Of a DNA stretch of 64,000 nucleotides, positions 60,755 through 64,000 are shown in pieces (positions within the stretch are counted from its first letter, which is position 1; each line of letters opens with the position of its first letter). The notes beneath the pieces were generated by a model. The model was not told the DNA's origin, searched no databases, and worked only from the letters and a program-made list of their open reading frames with translations. This DNA comes from Ruditapes philippinarum (taxonomy: Eukaryota): assembly GCF_026571515.1 (NCBI RefSeq), contig NW_026854858.1:1-64000 (forward strand), read 5' to 3'. Both the position numbers and the translations under genes were made by a program.

Positions 60755-63075
60755 TTTATAGCAGTCTTTGACAGGAATCAGCCATATGTATCATGTTAAA
60801 CAAGTGATGCATGACATAAAATGACTATGAACAACTGACACTTGAGATTATTTAGATGTTGAAAGAGAATGGCAATGTAAAATGACATGTTTTTTGATAA
60901 TATCAGGTGATATTTTGATAGTAACATGATAAATACATATGTACATGCATATTGATTGTAAGCTTGCACTGAAAATGCTATTTGTATTACCTTGATAGGA
61001 TTTATTTTACACTTAATAAAATCACTAATGGACTTTCAGCGACTAAACCAGCTATTTAAAGTTACCTGTGACAGTGAGATGAGTTTTTAGCCGTGAGCAG
61101 ATAGAGGGCATAATTATCTATTTTTGAGGCTTCTTACCCTGGTGAACGGTCAGGTCTACTCTACCAAACATAAATATTGAGACGTACACAGTGTGTTACA
61201 AGCACGTAACAATATTATGTTAAACTGTAGTCTTTAATGAGATGTTTGACATAAACTAATAGGTTTTTTTTTGTTTGGGTACTCCTTGGCTCCTTGCCAA
61301 TTGGTCGTGTGGGTTTGCGTTCATTGAATGTCGCCTTTCCTTATGGATCTTGTTTATCATATTTTATGCATGAAAGGTAGTTATCTTACATGGTTTTGTT
61401 ATGCTTTTGTGTCCTGATATTCCTTTCAAGATTACATAACTATGTTTATTTTTTAAGATTTCAATGCGCATCGCCTCATTAGAATGTAAAAAACATTAAT
61501 GTTTACAACATAGAGTAAATGTGAGGTTTGACGCAAGCGTAAAATGTCTGAGAAGGGATTGGTTAAATGGAACGGAATAAGTCAAATGTTACCTGAAGAA
61601 AGTTGTGATGAATGTGAAATAATTTGTCATAAAGTAGCAAATGGGATAGTAGTATTATGATTTTCGTTCAAATTTAATACTAAATTACCATAAAATATAT
61701 ACTAAGCCCCTTAATTCATTGGGAAATTATGGTGAAGTTTTTTCTTTAAAAATTGTTTTTTGTTTTTGTTTTTTGTTGTTTGTTTGGCCAAGCGAGTCCA
61801 TTTCTGCGGCGTCTTATTATTTTGCTGAAATTGTATGAAAAAAAGTTCCGTTTCTGGCCTTTCAGGGTATCGTGAGTCACTTCTACATGTACCATACGCA
61901 CCGTGTTTTTCCTTTTAACACTGAATTCGATTTTCAATCTGTTTTTTTTGTTGTTAATAATCGTATATAATAAGATTTTTTAATTACTGCCTGTAAACAA
62001 ATGTATAATCTCCTGTTTAAAGTTGGCACATGTGAAGCAGTGGTGATTGGTTAAAACCTATTTTTAGAATATTGTTAAAGGGGAAACGTTCTCACACATA
62101 GCTAAATTCAGTTATGTCGAACTGGTTTTCAGCGCAGTGATTTCGTCGTTCTATTTCTTTATTCGCTGTGTATCTTTTTTAACGCGAGTATAAATTCGAA
62201 AATACATCTATGCGGAAAATAGCGAAGAAAAAATATTAAGTAATCAAAAGCAATTGAAATTACAACGATCTGGAATATACTATAATCATAAACGGTCCCT
62301 GCGTTGATGCATTTTTGTCCAATGCAAAACAGTACCCTGTTCAATTGATGAGCAACGTGTTTAAGCTTAATTTGATACGTAATCATATTCTGTGCTTTTT
62401 GGTCTGGTTCCATATCATGAAGTCTGATAAAGCTACCTCATTATAGGAAGTCAACCACATGAGCAGTCCATAACTTGTTTATAACAAAATATGATTCGTC
62501 GAATGGACAAACATATAAATAACCAATGTTTTTGCATTAAATTTAAAAAACAGAAAAGGAAAGCCAAAATGTTTAGCATATGCATGAGATTTTTTATTTA
62601 CTTTGCAATATTTTTAATACTCGCAAATTAATCGCGTCATCCCGCAGTAAATCATGCGACTTTTTTTTTCATAGTCATAAAAGACTCGGCTGCTTTGAAG
62701 CCATGCAACATATCTGTTTGATATTACAATTATATTCATTATATTAGAACAAACTAAGAAATTTAATCAACCTTAAATAATATTTTTCTTTAAATCTTAC
62801 ATCAAGAGATGATTTATAGTTTTTATGTTTACAAGCGATTTTAATTTTATAGCTGTCTTTTACGAGAATAAGCCATATTTATCATGTAAAGAAGTGATGC
62901 AAAGCGTAAAATGACAGGAACAACTGACACTTCAGATTATTTACATGTTTAAGAGAATGGCAATGAAAAATAACGCTGTTTTAGATAATATCAGGTGATG
63001 TTTTAATTCTGATAGACACATGTTTAATACATTATTATATTCATGCAGTTTTATTATCAGGTTGCACTGAAATTC
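60755..63075 (+). repeat. Pair of diverged ~230-bp direct repeats (~60755-60975 and ~62845-63075)
   Basis: Shared AGCCATAT.TATCATGT, GAACAACTGACACTT.AGATTATTTA, AGAGAATGGCAATG, GATAATATCAGGTGAT, TTGCACTGAAA. Confidence 0.75.
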
Positions 63076-64000
63076 CATTCAGACATAACACATTGAAAGG
63101 ATGGATACGTGTTGAATACAAATCAGTGCATAACCTGTGTTGAAAGTGTCTATATTTTTTTTAAATAAATAGTTCTACTTCACACCTTATAAAATTTAAG
63201 AAATTATCTTCCAACGTTTAAACTTCGTGATGTTCCAACGATAATCACTACCAGATCAAATCTTATCAATTAATTTAGTCTTGTTTACATTTCCAGAATC
63301 AAATAAATCTATATTTAATGCAAATTGTAACCCATATAGTCTTATTTTCATAATACCAAATCAAATAGCTCATCTAGCATTTTCATTTTTCAGAGTAAAA
63401 CATTTCAAATAAATTCCTTGTTGTACTGAATATGTCATACATTTAAAAAAATGTCAAGCTTAGTTTTGGCAGCTGTATTCTCGTACAATAGAATTCAGTA
63501 TTGAACTGAACATGGAATATTATACCCTTTCATTTTGGCTGTCATGCCATCGGACAACATTTAAACAAAAACTGTGTTGGAAATATTACATACATGATCA
63601 ATGCAAAATGCTTTTACAAAATGTGTAATCATTGTAAAACCTAGAAACTTTTATTCTATAATATCATATCAAAGAATATCAGAAACACCTGTACTTTATA
63701 GATGAATATTAATTTTGTACGAGATAAGGATTGGTATATTTACTGGTTTTTTTTACTTATTTTCGTAGGTGAAATAGTGGTAGTGAAGCAACGTATTTTC
63801 TTCAATTTACTTATCTCATCAATCAATTGGTAGATTTTAGAATTTTAAAGTTAAAGAGTAAGTGTTATTTGTATTTGGTCTGCCGGTATTGACGTTTCTT
63901 TACGATCGCCCGCTTATTGTCTATATTAGATCAGATTGATGTATGAATGCTTCTCAAGTACACACGCTTTGGAAAAATATATATTTTATGATGCATTTTA

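Noticed and set aside
28700-64000. Remaining 60-112 aa ORFs in the track
   Set aside because: F/I/L/K/Y/N-rich translations expected by chance in AT-rich DNA; I could not assemble consistent exon chains, though small exons of a long-intron gene could have been missed.

Overview
AT-rich, intron-containing eukaryotic genomic DNA. The repeat landscape (Meta/CORE-type SINEs, a GAGCCGCG-ended MITE, ~160-bp Helentron-borne satellites) suggests a bivalve mollusc, probably a venerid clam; this is inferred, not searched. Two convergent spliced genes, poorly captured by the ORF track, were reconstructed by hand. (1) A 5-exon + strand gene (8090-14070, 198 aa) encodes a secreted BRICHOS-domain protein with a separately encoded, Cys-free cationic C-terminal peptide; this is a candidate new BRICHOS-chaperoned antimicrobial or aggregation-prone peptide precursor. 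(2) A 3-exon - strand gene (23215-20432, 317 aa) encodes an unrecognised all-helical protein with a Gly-rich hydrophobic hairpin. The rest is gene-poor and TE-rich: a frameshifted PIF/Harbinger transposon with TAA TSD, an internally deleted mariner truncated by an I/Nimb-type LINE 3' end, tRNA-derived SINEs with TSDs, a 144-bp tRNA-containing solo LTR (Helenus-like), nested MITEs, Helentron-type satellite carriers, a 1.32-kb tandem duplication, a 128-N gap and low-quality sequence at the 5' end.
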